A DNA stretch of 64,000 bases from Lophium mytilinum (Eukaryota), in contig MU004183.1 of the NCBI GenBank assembly GCA_010093605.1, positions 1,860,001 through 1,924,000 of the forward strand, in the 5' to 3' direction. Below are positions 35,607 through 46,654 of this stretch, in pieces. Position numbers and translations under genes: made by a program. The notes under the pieces were generated by a model that was not told the DNA's origin, ran no database searches, and worked only from the letters and a program-made list of their open reading frames with translations. The stretch's first letter is position 1, and every line of letters begins with the position of its first letter.

Positions 35607-37019
35607 GATGTGGTTTTTGAATTAGATTTTGAAATCGATGGATATCGACTTCCTTTAGTACATTAGAGACCCGCTGGTGGTGGCACTAAGGCAATTCCGA
35701 CTGTCTAGCCGACTAATTCCGGCGTATGATAATATTTAATGTATTCTTGCACACCTTTACCACTCATCACGAGGAGGTATCGTGCATCAAGGCGCTTTGT
35801 CATATCTTATTGGAAATTTCGTGTCTTTTGGGATGCAAGACCTTTGCGGTGCGAGGAATCTGAATAAAATAACACTATTGATCAGCAAGCAATCTCGTAT
35901 TTACAGCATACCTTTGTTATCTAGTTTTAAGGTTGCACAGTGAATCACTAGACGTTGAACGTGCGATTGTCAGGGCAGGTTGCTTGCAGGTACTTCCAAA
36001 GTGCTTAGAAAGTCGGCAACGCCGAAAGTAATCATTTGGAATGTCTGGCAGGACAAGTCAGGCAACGCGCGGTTGATTCAATGTCTGTTTCAAGATGTGT
36101 GTGTAAGATGCGCCATGCAGTCAGCCCAGAAAGAGAAGGAGGAGAAGAGGATTCGAAGCCCCTTCGTACCTCCACGGCGATGGAAGATGGCGTTGGAAAG
36201 CTGGATCGTGCCCAAGTGGCTATGCAAATGGTTCCAGCCACTTTGAGCGCTACGAAGCACGGACGGCGTTTCTTCTTCACTCTCGTCTCTTTATAGACAG
36301 AAGTTACCTCCTGCATTTCCTAGAAAGGTAATCCTGTTAGCATACGAAAGAAGCTGCGCAGGAGAGCCTACCTAACTTACATCAAACATCTCAACTCTTT
36401 CCTACTTTTGATGAACTCCCAGTTTCAAGCCTCCAATCCTCAATCGCACTAGACTCCACACCCATTAATATTCCGGCAGATCTATTTTCAACACTGTTCA
36501 CATAAGCAGCCCACCCCGGCCACACTAACCACACCCCTGACGGCCTCACCGACCATGCTCACCACCACACGCCGCAGCTCACCTCCAAATCGCCCGCTGA
36601 CGCCATTCCCGCGCCCATGTTTTAGCCAACAGTGGACGAATCCGATCAACATGCTTAAAACCTTACAGAGGACAAGCTCGTAGGATGCCAGGCGATCACG
36701 GCGCCGCATCCGCCGCCTAGTGGCACGGGAAGGCTGAGGGCTGAGGGCTGATTGTGCAAGGCGCGCCGTTGGAAATGACTTACGTTGGCTTGGTAAGGAA
36801 GCGGGGCTGCAGGAATGATATAAGACCAGCGATCTCCATCTTTTGTTGCTTTCCCAAGCTTGTCTTCGTTTCGTGTATTGTACATCAATTTCAGAGTTCG
36901 CGCAGTGTGATGTGGGAGCCGACCGCTATTGCACTTCATATCACTTTTCATCTAGCTCTGATTGTAAAAGTTATTTGACTTCGAATAGGCAGAAGTGTTG
37001 GTACTGTGAGAAGAAAAAT

Positions 37020-37989
37020 ATGGCGGCAGCAGCATACTACAACCCGAATATCAGCGAGCCTCACCCACAAACGCAGCACGCTCTCCAACACCAGCATTCG
37101 CAATCTCCACCATCGCAGCACTCCCCACTACGCCCTATGCTCCTTGTAGATACGCACCACCACGCCAACGATAGTCTCCATGCCCATCAAGTGATAGAGA
37201 TAGAGAAAGCCAAACTCAAGAAGAGGGAAGACCAGGTAATAATTTCCACCCATTCAATCTATCGTCTCAAATCTAATAATCCCAGGTCTTGAAAGCCCGA
37301 ATTCGCCGCCTCCGCCTCATAAGCCGCATCCTCGCCTTCCTCGTTAGCATCGCCGTTTTCATCCCCATAACCCTCACCCTCCACAAATTCCTCACAACGA
37401 AGGACACATTCCGCGAGGCGCCGGGCAAGGATGGTTCGACGGTGAACCGGACGCCATGGGCCAAGGACTCCAAAACATGGCCCACATACATGTACTTCGC
37501 CGTCGCGGCCATTGCGCTCGTGCTCAACATGGTGATTCTGGTGTCGTATAAATTCGGAACCAAGAACGCGAACCGGGCTGCGTCGGTATCCACCTTCTTC
37601 ACATGGCTCGTTATGATTGGGAACTTGGTTGTCTGGAGCATAGCCGCGTCGCTGTATCGGACGGAGAAGAATAAGAATGGGAAGTCGAATGACCTGTGGG
37701 GCTGGACGTGCAGTGCTGCGGCGAGGGAAATTCAGCATGTGTTCCACGATGACGTAAACTTCGACAAATTTTGCAAGACGCAGGTGAGTTCTCTTTTCTT
37801 GCGTGACGCTGCATTTGACGCTGATGTCTCTAGTCCATTTCATTTTACGCAGGGCTGGTTCAAGTGGGCGTTGGTTTTCTCACCATCGTCACTTATCTAA
37901 TGGTTATACGGCGGCGGAAGGTGAAGAAGACCGTAGAGGACAGGGCGAGGTTACTCGATGACCATGATGCTTGGGATGCGTCACACTGA
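37020..37989 (+). CDS. MARVEL-like multi-TM membrane protein, multi-exon (3' end approximate)
   Basis: KARIRRLRLISR, TPWAKDSKTWPTY and DLWGWTC..VNFDKFC with hydrophobic segments. Confidence 0.65.
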
Positions 37990-38055
37990 TGCTAGATAAT
38001 CGTACGTTGATCGAACACAACTTCTTCTTCTTCTTCAGAGATACCAGGTGCTTGC

Positions 38056-40659
38056 CTAAATGATCGTGATGGTATCGGTTTCGAACCCTTCCAAGCCCTC
38101 TCCCCAGAGCCGGTAGAAGAGTCCGACGCGACGGTAGTACCCTTCACGCACAGGCACCAAGAGCAGTCCTCTCATAGGATTTTCCACGACAACAAGAGCC
38201 CAAACATAGGACCACCCATATTCATCCACGGGAAGTTTCTCGTCTGCATCGCCTTGAGCGCGTCCAATGTGAGTAGCATTCGTCGGATCCTCTATGGTTG
38301 CGACTTCAATAAGACGCTGCCTTGTTGTGCCACATTTGAAACGTTTCATGAGTCCTTGTATCTTGAGGTAGGCCGACAGGGTTGGGTTGAGAGCGCCGTA
38401 TGGCGCGTCTAGTGATGCTGGCGTAGCCCGGCAATCGATTACTATAGCTGGATCTGAGAAAGAGGTTGGGCACCATTTGTAGCTGACCTCGCCATCAACC
38501 GCTGCCCACGACCAGGAGGGAGCGCGGTGGACAGTCGGCCTCGAGATGTCAGATCGTGCAGAGCTCCATAGCAAGTCTTTCGGCAAGGCAGACTTCCAAA
38601 GGCCAGCGAGATAGTCGCTCTGGTACACAGCACCAAAATCCGCGGCAACGCCAGAGATAGCGGGGAACTTGTCTCCTGGAAACGTCAGGAAGCGCCGCGT
38701 GTAATCACGGAGGGTTGATCTCCATGAATCTAGGGAGAACTGCTTGTTCTGGGACTGGTCGGTACTGACGTCCATTGGCTCGTCGTCTAAAGAGGTTTTA
38801 GTGCTTCCGCAGATCCACCAGACGTCTTCGGAACCGTAGTCAAGAATTCGTGGGGATAGAATGTGTTCTGAAAGAGTCCATGCTCTCAGACTGATCGGGT
38901 TTTTCTCAGGTGTATATCGATGCGGCTCCTCTATGAGGATCGATCCCGACTTTCCCGCTGGCGTCTCGAATGGCAGCTTCATACATGTCTTTGATACCGA
39001 GGGTCTGGGCTGCAAGAAACCCTCTTGCACGTTTCTAGCACTAGATGCTGATATCGTGATATATGCTTCCTGGAAGATACTTGGCATCTTCCCAATCTCT
39101 CTCGAGACGTCTTCCGGGTCATCTTGGATGATGCACTTTAAAGGTCAGCACTGACTCGGATAGCTCAGCAAAAAGGGGTTCGCTACTGACTATGCAATCA
39201 ATCCAAATGTAACGTATTCCCAATTTGTTTGCTACAACCATTGCGTCCTGGAGTGTTTGGGGAAACCAGGAGAAACGGATACCATCCGTGAAATCCTGGA
39301 CGGTTGAACTAGTGCTCTTGATAGGTGGCTCACCGCCCCAACAGTACGATAACGCGGCGTATTGGCCGACTTCATTTTCCTCTGTCCAGTGCAGCCGTAC
39401 GAATGATATTGGTTGCTTGGTACCTATGTCAATGACCCTTGAAGGCATAACGCCTCTCGGCTTGGGACATCTCTCATGATCTTCATGGCACGCCTTCAGC
39501 GAAATTCGCGCCCTTTCAATAATGGCATCTGGAGACATGTCTGAGTTGCTTGGTCGATCGTGGATGTGGGCGGCAGCTGGGTCATCTATTACAATTAGCT
39601 AACGTCCTGTCAGGATGATCGACAATAGAAAGATAGACATAAAGAGTAGCACACTCAACAAGTAACCTGTGCACACCTGTTTGCTACTACTTGAAGAGCT
39701 TTAACAAGTTTCCGCATAGCCCAAAGCTAAGAGCCCATATTTTTGAAGCGCATTGAAGCACCACAAGCAGCGGCATACAAGTACACTCGGCCGTGGAAAG
39801 ACAAAACGGTTGCTGAGTGTGCCACCCTTCCATGCCCGAGATGCAAAGCCTGACTGAATTACTAGTGAGGAGATACCCCCATGTGATAAAATAAGAGAAT
39901 GAAGAGCTCACCACTGGTTGTGGTTATCCTGAATGGACCTTTTGGTACATTCATCTCATAATGTTTAATGAATATCGGGTAGCTTTCTTTCTCTTTCACA
40001 TTCTTTGATTCCCACAATTGATCAACCAAAAATGGATCGATACTATAGCTGAGCCATAACCTTGCCCCACGGTTCAATGCAGAAATAAACCTGTGGTCGG
40101 AAAGTTGGAAGTGTATGTCCAAGCCGTCGTCGAAGGAGATGTATTCAAGGTTCTTGACCGCCCTACCTCCAGACGTCTGATGGTACTCGGGATGTCTTGA
40201 GACATACATTTTTGAGACATCTGCCCTCAGTCGATCCATGCCCTTGTCTAGCAATTCCATGACCCAGAGGAACAGAACGCACTGCTCTGCGTACCCACTC
40301 AGGACGTCCTCTTTGCTGCATCGAAGAGACGATCTGTGGTTCTTGAGGGAATACCTTTCATCCGTTGAGGACTGCCTGATTACCAGTCTTTGACAGTGGC
40401 TGCAAGAATGAGGGCCATCTCTCTGAGGGGGAGAAGATACTGGTAGATTCTCTGGTTCGTGAGATAAGCGTCTCATGCCTCGAGCAATGTACTGGGCCAC
40501 CGCAGTCTTATCGACATCCCGCAGTTGACTGAATGATGAAAGGACTCCTGAGATAGTGGGAGTTGCGCTATTCGGTGCGATGGAGGCATTGACCGAGCCA
40601 TCCAGGGTCATGGAATCTTCGGTATCCATCATGTCCCAGGTAGAAGTAGTCTCGGACAT
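38056..40659 (-). CDS. HET-domain (heterokaryon incompatibility, PF06985-type) protein, multi-exon
   Basis: PSRVIDI, YAALSYCWGG, PQTLQDA..LGIRYIWID, IIQDD, RAWTLSE, DKFPAISG, YLAGLW, APSWSWA and YRRVG. Confidence 0.92.
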
Positions 40660-40860
40660 TGTGACGGGATTGTGTATGCTTTTTTTACGGGACTGATATT
40701 GTGACAGTAATGGCCTTCTTCACACCTGGTGGAGGTAAGGCTTTTATTCTCATGGAGGTACATAGGGTGAGGTCAGAGGTGCAGGCAACAGCGGCTAGTG
40801 TGGTCATGTGAATATTATATCACGTGTCAATATATATGTACATTGAAAGCTTCAGAGCTA

Positions 40861-42372
40861 CTACAATTTAGCGAAGACTGTAGGCACCTCTCCACTCATC
40901 TCAACTAAAGTGCTCTTGTTTCTGACCCATGCCTCAATGCCTCGTCTTCCGTTCTCGACGCCTACTCCGCTCAACTTCCACCCACCCACACTCATCTCGG
41001 CTGGGCTTTCACCCCAAGTGTTGACCCAAGTTATGCCAGCCTGCAACTGTGCAATGACCTTGTGAGCTAGATTTAGGTCTTTCGTGAATACCCCGGCTGC
41101 TAGACCAAGGGTTGTGTTGTTCGCGCGCTCAACCACTTCCTCCACAGTCTTGTAAGGCAGGATGGACATTACAGGACCGAAAATCTCTTCCTTCACGATG
41201 CGCATACTGTCCTTGCAATCCGTGAAGACTGTCGGCTGGACCCAAAACCCGTTCTTGACCTCGGAATTGGCAGATGCTAGCCATTCTGGCTTCCCAGGTC
41301 CGCCGTAAAGTAACGTTGCCTTGTCTTCTTCGATTCCGTGCTTCATGTAGCTGAGGACTTTCTCATAATGTGGCTTGCTAACCAAAGGTCCGAAGTTTGT
41401 GTTCGCGTCCATGAGATCTCCAGGTCGAATGAACTGCATCTTCTGCAATAGGACCTCCTCGAATTTTGCTTTCATACTTTCATGCACAAACACCCTCGTT
41501 CCGTTGGTACAAACTTGCCCGGAGGAGTAGAAGTTCGCCATCATGGCCCCGTCAACTGCTTGCTCGATGTCCGCGTCGGGAAGAACCACGCAAGCAGATT
41601 TGCCGCCTAGTTCCATGGTCACGTACTTCATTCCTCCCGCGGCAGATGCTGCTACCTTCGCTCCGGTGCTGACTTGTCCTGTGAAGCTAACTTTGGCCAC
41701 ACCCGGATGGGAGGTGAGATAAGCTCCTACATCACCACCTCCCTGGACGACATTGAACACTCCGGGAGGCACCCCAGCTGCAGTGTATATCTCTGCTAAA
41801 AGCGTGGAGTGTAGCGGGGTGAATTCAGAAGCTTTGTAGATCATGCAATTGCCTGCTGCTAGACACGGCGCGCTCTTCCACAACGCGATTTGTATAGGGT
41901 AGTTCCAGGCTCCGATTCCAACGCAGACTCCCAATGCTTCCTTCTTGGTATACGCCCATGCATCTGGTCGCAGCTGTATGGTTTCTCCGTTCAATCCTCC
42001 GCCTCCCACCAAGTTGGCAAAGTATTCGAGGACATCGGCGCCTGTGACGACGTCGACGGCTGACGTTTCGGAGAAAGCTTTGCCCGTGTCCTTCGTTTCG
42101 ACCGCTGCTAGCTCGTCGTTCCGTTCGCGGAGGAGGGAGGCGGCCTTGAGGAGGATGCGAGAGCGTTGGATAGCTGGGGTTTGAGACCAGGAAGGGAATG
42201 CCTTCGTAGCAGAGGCGACTGCTGCATCAACATCCGCGTGGGAAGCCGAGTGGATCTCTGCAAGCGGCAGAGACGTTGATGGATCTATGTTCTGAAATGA
42301 CTTGCCCGAATTCGCTGACTGTGGCTTGCCATCGTAGTACAGGGAGCGAGGTGGGTAAGGTAAAGACACCAT
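40861..42372 (-). CDS. Betaine aldehyde dehydrogenase
   Basis: Intronless 503 aa with ALDH motifs GAWNYPIQI, FTG, ELGGKS, GQVCTNGTRV and EEIFGPV. Adjacent to choline oxidase. Confidence 0.92.
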   Translation of the reverse strand: MVSLPYPPRSLYYDGKPQSANSGKSFQNIDPSTSLPLAEIHSASHADVDAAVASATKAFPSWSQTPAIQRSRILLKAASLLRERNDELAAVETKDTGKAFSETSAVDVVTGADVLEYFANLVGGGGLNGETIQLRPDAWAYTKKEALGVCVGIGAWNYPIQIALWKSAPCLAAGNCMIYKASEFTPLHSTLLAEIYTAAGVPPGVFNVVQGGGDVGAYLTSHPGVAKVSFTGQVSTGAKVAASAAGGMKYVTMELGGKSACVVLPDADIEQAVDGAMMANFYSSGQVCTNGTRVFVHESMKAKFEEVLLQKMQFIRPGDLMDANTNFGPLVSKPHYEKVLSYMKHGIEEDKATLLYGGPGKPEWLASANSEVKNGFWVQPTVFTDCKDSMRIVKEEIFGPVMSILPYKTVEEVVERANNTTLGLAAGVFTKDLNLAHKVIAQLQAGITWVNTWGESPAEMSVGGWKLSGVGVENGRRGIEAWVRNKSTLVEMSGEVPTVFAKL

Positions 42373-43273
42373 ATTGGAATCGTATTATCGGGTCGCTGTC
42401 TTCAGAGAGGGGCGTCTAGAGCTAAATGATTGCAGGTGAGTACGGTCTTGCTACCCTCGAGCCTTGCTAAGCCCTCGCAGCGTTGAATATGGACTCCGTA
42501 GAAAGTCCGATGGCTAATGGTGCTGACGCCTTTTCTGACGCGCTCGCCCACCGCTGAAAGGGAATATGGCGCCGGGAATGTCTACACAGGGAGCTTTGAT
42601 GGACCCCCCACTGATGACGGTGAGAGCTTTCAAAAGCTTCGACTTTGATAACGCAGGTGGTTGAGTGAATAGAAAATAGCTCAGATACTGCAGTCGGCGG
42701 GTCTGTCTATCAAATGGCGCGGAAGAGGCCGGTATCTGTGTTTTATCAGTGGTCTGAGAGCCTCAATTGATTAACTGAGCAGAGTTTGCTGGAGAAGGGC
42801 CGGGATCTGATTGCCCATTCAGTGAGGCGCAGAAAGCATTGATAGAAAAGCTGGAGGGGCGTCCTGGTTGCGCATTCCATGCCATCTGCCGGCCTCACCG
42901 CTGACGGGATAGACTGCCCTCAATCACGCAAGCGCGCCCCTCTTTGCGGCTCACGCCTCAGACTCCCCGTCAGAGCTCTCCATCGTGCCACGCCTTTGCA
43001 TTCACCCAATCGCAAAATCCGGGGTTTGCCCGCCATAGGGTAGCTTGAGCTGGCCCAAGCGGCTCGTGGCAAGGCCTGCACGATAAAACCCTATCGCCTC
43101 CCGCACTGAAGCATGACACTCGCACCCATTGTTGACGGCTGTGGGGAAAGCTAAGCTTTCTTTCTTTAAATCCTTTGAAAGTCCTTCAGGCCCGAGGCAT
43201 TGTGCATCAGCATCAGCTTTCATCATCCTCTTTATTCGTTGTCTAAGACTACACCCTTGGCCAGCACTCCATC

Positions 43274-44908
43274 ATGGCTCCCACCACAACTGAAATCTCT
43301 GCAGACGAAGTCAACAGCTATGATTTCGTCATTGTCGGCGGCGGCACCGCGGGCTGTGTCATTGCTAGCCGTCTCTCCGAGTATCTGCCTAACAAGAAGA
43401 TCCTGTTGGTTGAGGCTGGCCCTTCCGACTTCATGGATGACCGAGTTCTGCTCCTGAAAGACTGGTTGAGTCTTCTTGGAGGCGAGCTGGACTACGACTA
43501 CGGGACCACCGAGCAGCCCATGGGCAACTCTCACATCCGGCATTCCCGCGCCAAGGTGCTGGGTGGATGCTCTTCTCACAACACTCTGATCTCTTTCCGG
43601 CCGTTTGAGTACGACTGCCAGCGATGGGAGGCCCAAGGCTGCACCGGCTGGAGCTTCAAGACTTTTATGCGTGTTCTGGACAACCTCAGAAACACCATTC
43701 AACCAGTCCACGAGCGACACCGAAACCAACTGTGCCTGGATTGGGTTGAATCATGCTCAACGTCACTAGATATCCCAGTGGTGCACGACTTCAACAAGGA
43801 GATTAAGACCACGGGTTCTCTGAAGCAATGTGTTGGCTTCTTCTCCGTGTCCTACAACCCAGATGACGGACGTCGGAGCAGTGCCAGTGTGGCGTACATC
43901 CATCCCATTCTGCGTGGTGACGAGAAGCGCCCTAACCTGACAGTCCTGACGAATGCCTGGGTAAACCGAGTCAACGTAGACGGCAACAAGGTCACCGGCG
44001 TCACTCTCACTCTCCAAAACGGCGAACAGCGCATTATCCGTCACAAGGCCGAGACCATCATCTGCGCCGGCGCAGTCGACACACCCCGTCTGCTTCTCCT
44101 ATCCGGCATCGGCCCGCGCAAGCAGCTCTCAGACCTAGGCATCCCCGTCGTCAAAGACATCCCCGGAGTAGGCGAGAACCTCCTTGACCACCCCGAATCC
44201 ATCATCATCTGGGAGCTCAATAAGCCCGTGCCCATCAACCAAACAACCATGGACTCGGACGCCGGCATCTTCCTGCGCCGCGAGCTCCCCAACGCCGCCG
44301 GCGGCGACGGCGACATCGCAGACATCATGATGCACTGCTACCAGATCCCCTTTTGCTTCAACACCTCCCGCCTGGGCTACGACACCCCCATCGACGCTTT
44401 CTGCATGACGCCAAACATCCCCCGCGCTCGTTCCCGCGGCCGCATATACTTGACCTCCGCCAACCCGGCTGACAAGCCCGCGTTGGACTTCCGCTACTTC
44501 ACGGACCCCGAGGGCTACGACGCCGCGACGATCGTTGCGGGTCTGCGTGCTGCTCGTGAGGTCGCAAATCAAGAACCCTTCAAGCATTGGCTGAAGCGTG
44601 AGGTTGCGCCCGGCCCGAAGCTGCAGACGGACGAGGAGCTGAGCGAGTACGGCCGTCGTGTGGCGCACACGGTGTACCACCCCGCTGGAACGACCAAGAT
44701 GGGAGATGTGCAGAAGGATCCGCTGGCGGTGGTGGACGCGCAGCTGAAGGTCAAGGGGCTAGAGGGGGTCAGGATTGCCGATGCGGGCGTCTTCCCCGAG
44801 ATGCCGACGATCAACCCTATGCTCACGGTCTTGGGCGTCGGCGAGCGCGCGGCTGAATTGATTGCTGAGACCTGGGGCTGGAAGGGACTGCAGAAGGAGA
44901 GGTTGTAA
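43274..44908 (+). CDS. codA: Choline oxidase (GMC oxidoreductase)
   Basis: Intronless 544 aa with GGGTAG, RHSRAKVLGGCSSHN, HTVYHPAGT and INPMLTV, resembling Arthrobacter/Aspergillus choline oxidase. Confidence 0.9.
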   Translation: MAPTTTEISADEVNSYDFVIVGGGTAGCVIASRLSEYLPNKKILLVEAGPSDFMDDRVLLLKDWLSLLGGELDYDYGTTEQPMGNSHIRHSRAKVLGGCSSHNTLISFRPFEYDCQRWEAQGCTGWSFKTFMRVLDNLRNTIQPVHERHRNQLCLDWVESCSTSLDIPVVHDFNKEIKTTGSLKQCVGFFSVSYNPDDGRRSSASVAYIHPILRGDEKRPNLTVLTNAWVNRVNVDGNKVTGVTLTLQNGEQRIIRHKAETIICAGAVDTPRLLLLSGIGPRKQLSDLGIPVVKDIPGVGENLLDHPESIIIWELNKPVPINQTTMDSDAGIFLRRELPNAAGGDGDIADIMMHCYQIPFCFNTSRLGYDTPIDAFCMTPNIPRARSRGRIYLTSANPADKPALDFRYFTDPEGYDAATIVAGLRAAREVANQEPFKHWLKREVAPGPKLQTDEELSEYGRRVAHTVYHPAGTTKMGDVQKDPLAVVDAQLKVKGLEGVRIADAGVFPEMPTINPMLTVLGVGERAAELIAETWGWKGLQKERL

Positions 44909-45149
44909 AACATGTGATGTCATCTATGGGAGTATCAGGGAGCAATGTTTATATGGGATTTGAGAGACGGGCTGAATTGTAGGACGACTAGCTAACGAAG
45001 TTGATATTCTTAGGAGTTTAGCGAGGGTCCATCTTGAGCAGGAGGCGATCCAAGTATCCCTCACGAGTCCTTTACAGACTCAGAGAGAGAAATTCATTGG
45101 ATCTACTCTCAATTGTCAGCAAGCTTCCCCAATGATCAAAGTGATGAGA

Positions 45150-46654
45150 TTACTGCTCCTCATCCCACCCCTCAGCCATTTCTTTAGACTCGACCTCCGC
45201 GACACTGACGGCGTTCGCGCACCTTCCGAATACTCCTCCTCCTCATCGATGGCGACGCGGTAAACCTAGAACAGACCCCCAACATTAGCCAAATGTCACA
45301 ACACACATCCAGGCCCCCTCCCTCATCCATCTCCTCTCACCCCCTCACACCACTCATACCGGAAAACTCTCCCTCACCCTCCCCGCCCACTCCTCACTCA
45401 ACCCCCACTCCTCCCCAATCAAGAAATTATGATCCGTCCCCACCGGCCCAACCTGGCTCCTATAACTCATCCTCTCCCTAACCCCTTGTGGCCAGCGCTC
45501 CGCATCCCAGCACTCATCAAACCACTTCTGCCCCTTCTCCCCCACCATATTATCACTCGCCGCATGAAACACATCCACCGCCAGCGCCCCGGTGATGCTG
45601 TTCAAGAACACCTGCGCGCACAGCAGCGGCACAAACCCATCTGTATCCGTCCACGCTGGGGCGCCCGTAGTGGCGTCGGGGCACGACCACGCGGTGTGGG
45701 CGCCCTTATGCAGGAACAGCTTCGCGTCCTCGGAGAAGCCGTTGCTGGCCTCGGCGAAGATGTAGGTCAGCGCGGTGGAAGAGAGGGCTTTGGTGAAGAG
45801 CGCCGCGTCCGCCGTTGGTCCTGCTGCTGCTGCGTCGTCGAGGCCTGAGGTTGCAGACGTCGCTGCGGCGGCGGGCGGCGCGACGGGGGACTGGTGCTTG
45901 AGCTGATTGAGCAGGGAGCCGCTGTAGCCGACGACTGGGGTGAGGTTGTTGTTGACGAAGCGGGCGAGGGCGCCGAATTTGCCGACGGCGGCGGTGGGGA
46001 GGTATTTGGTTAGGGCGAGAGAGGTGTTGTTGGTGTGCGAGTAGTGGACCCAGGGGGCGAAGAGGGCGAGGTAGGGGGTGGAGGGGTGCAGGATGTGGGG
46101 GAGGGCGAGGAGGGTGTTGAAGAGGTAGATGCAGCCGCCGCTGTGGGAGGCGAGCGAGACATGGGGGATGGAGAGGTGGTTTAGGAGGTAGGGGACCAAA
46201 TCTTTGGCGCGTGAGATTTGGTTGGAGTTGGGATTCTTGGGGGGAAGGGACGTACCGAGCCAGGTGGAGATGCGGTTTTGGAGCTTAACGGGGTCGCTGC
46301 CGCCAATGCCGGGGCGATCGGGGTGGATGATCCGCACGCGGTGACGTTTGAGGAGGGAGTCTAGCTGGGCGTATGCGATGCGGCCGCCCATCAGAGGACC
46401 GCAGAATAGGACGACGGCTTCGGATTCTGGGTGCAGCGGGTCGTGGTACCCATAGTCGCTGTAGGAGACCCTCAAAGGGTTCAAGCGGCCTTTTGTGGGA
46501 TCAGGAGGCAACACAATGGATTTGTGGAATCTGATGTCGCATAGAAATTCGATTGCACTTTTGGAGATGAGAATTTGAAGACGATGGATGAGAATAATCG
46601 GGGGAGCAATCTTTACCGTTCATCTGGGGGTTTGCCAGTTGAGTCTTCCATCAT
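45150..46654 (-). CDS. Alpha/beta hydrolase fold protein, multi-exon (ends approximate)
   Basis: VSYSDYG, DRPGIGGS, nucleophile elbow SHSGG and DH near the C-terminus. Short first and last exons inferred from splice signals. Confidence 0.75.
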
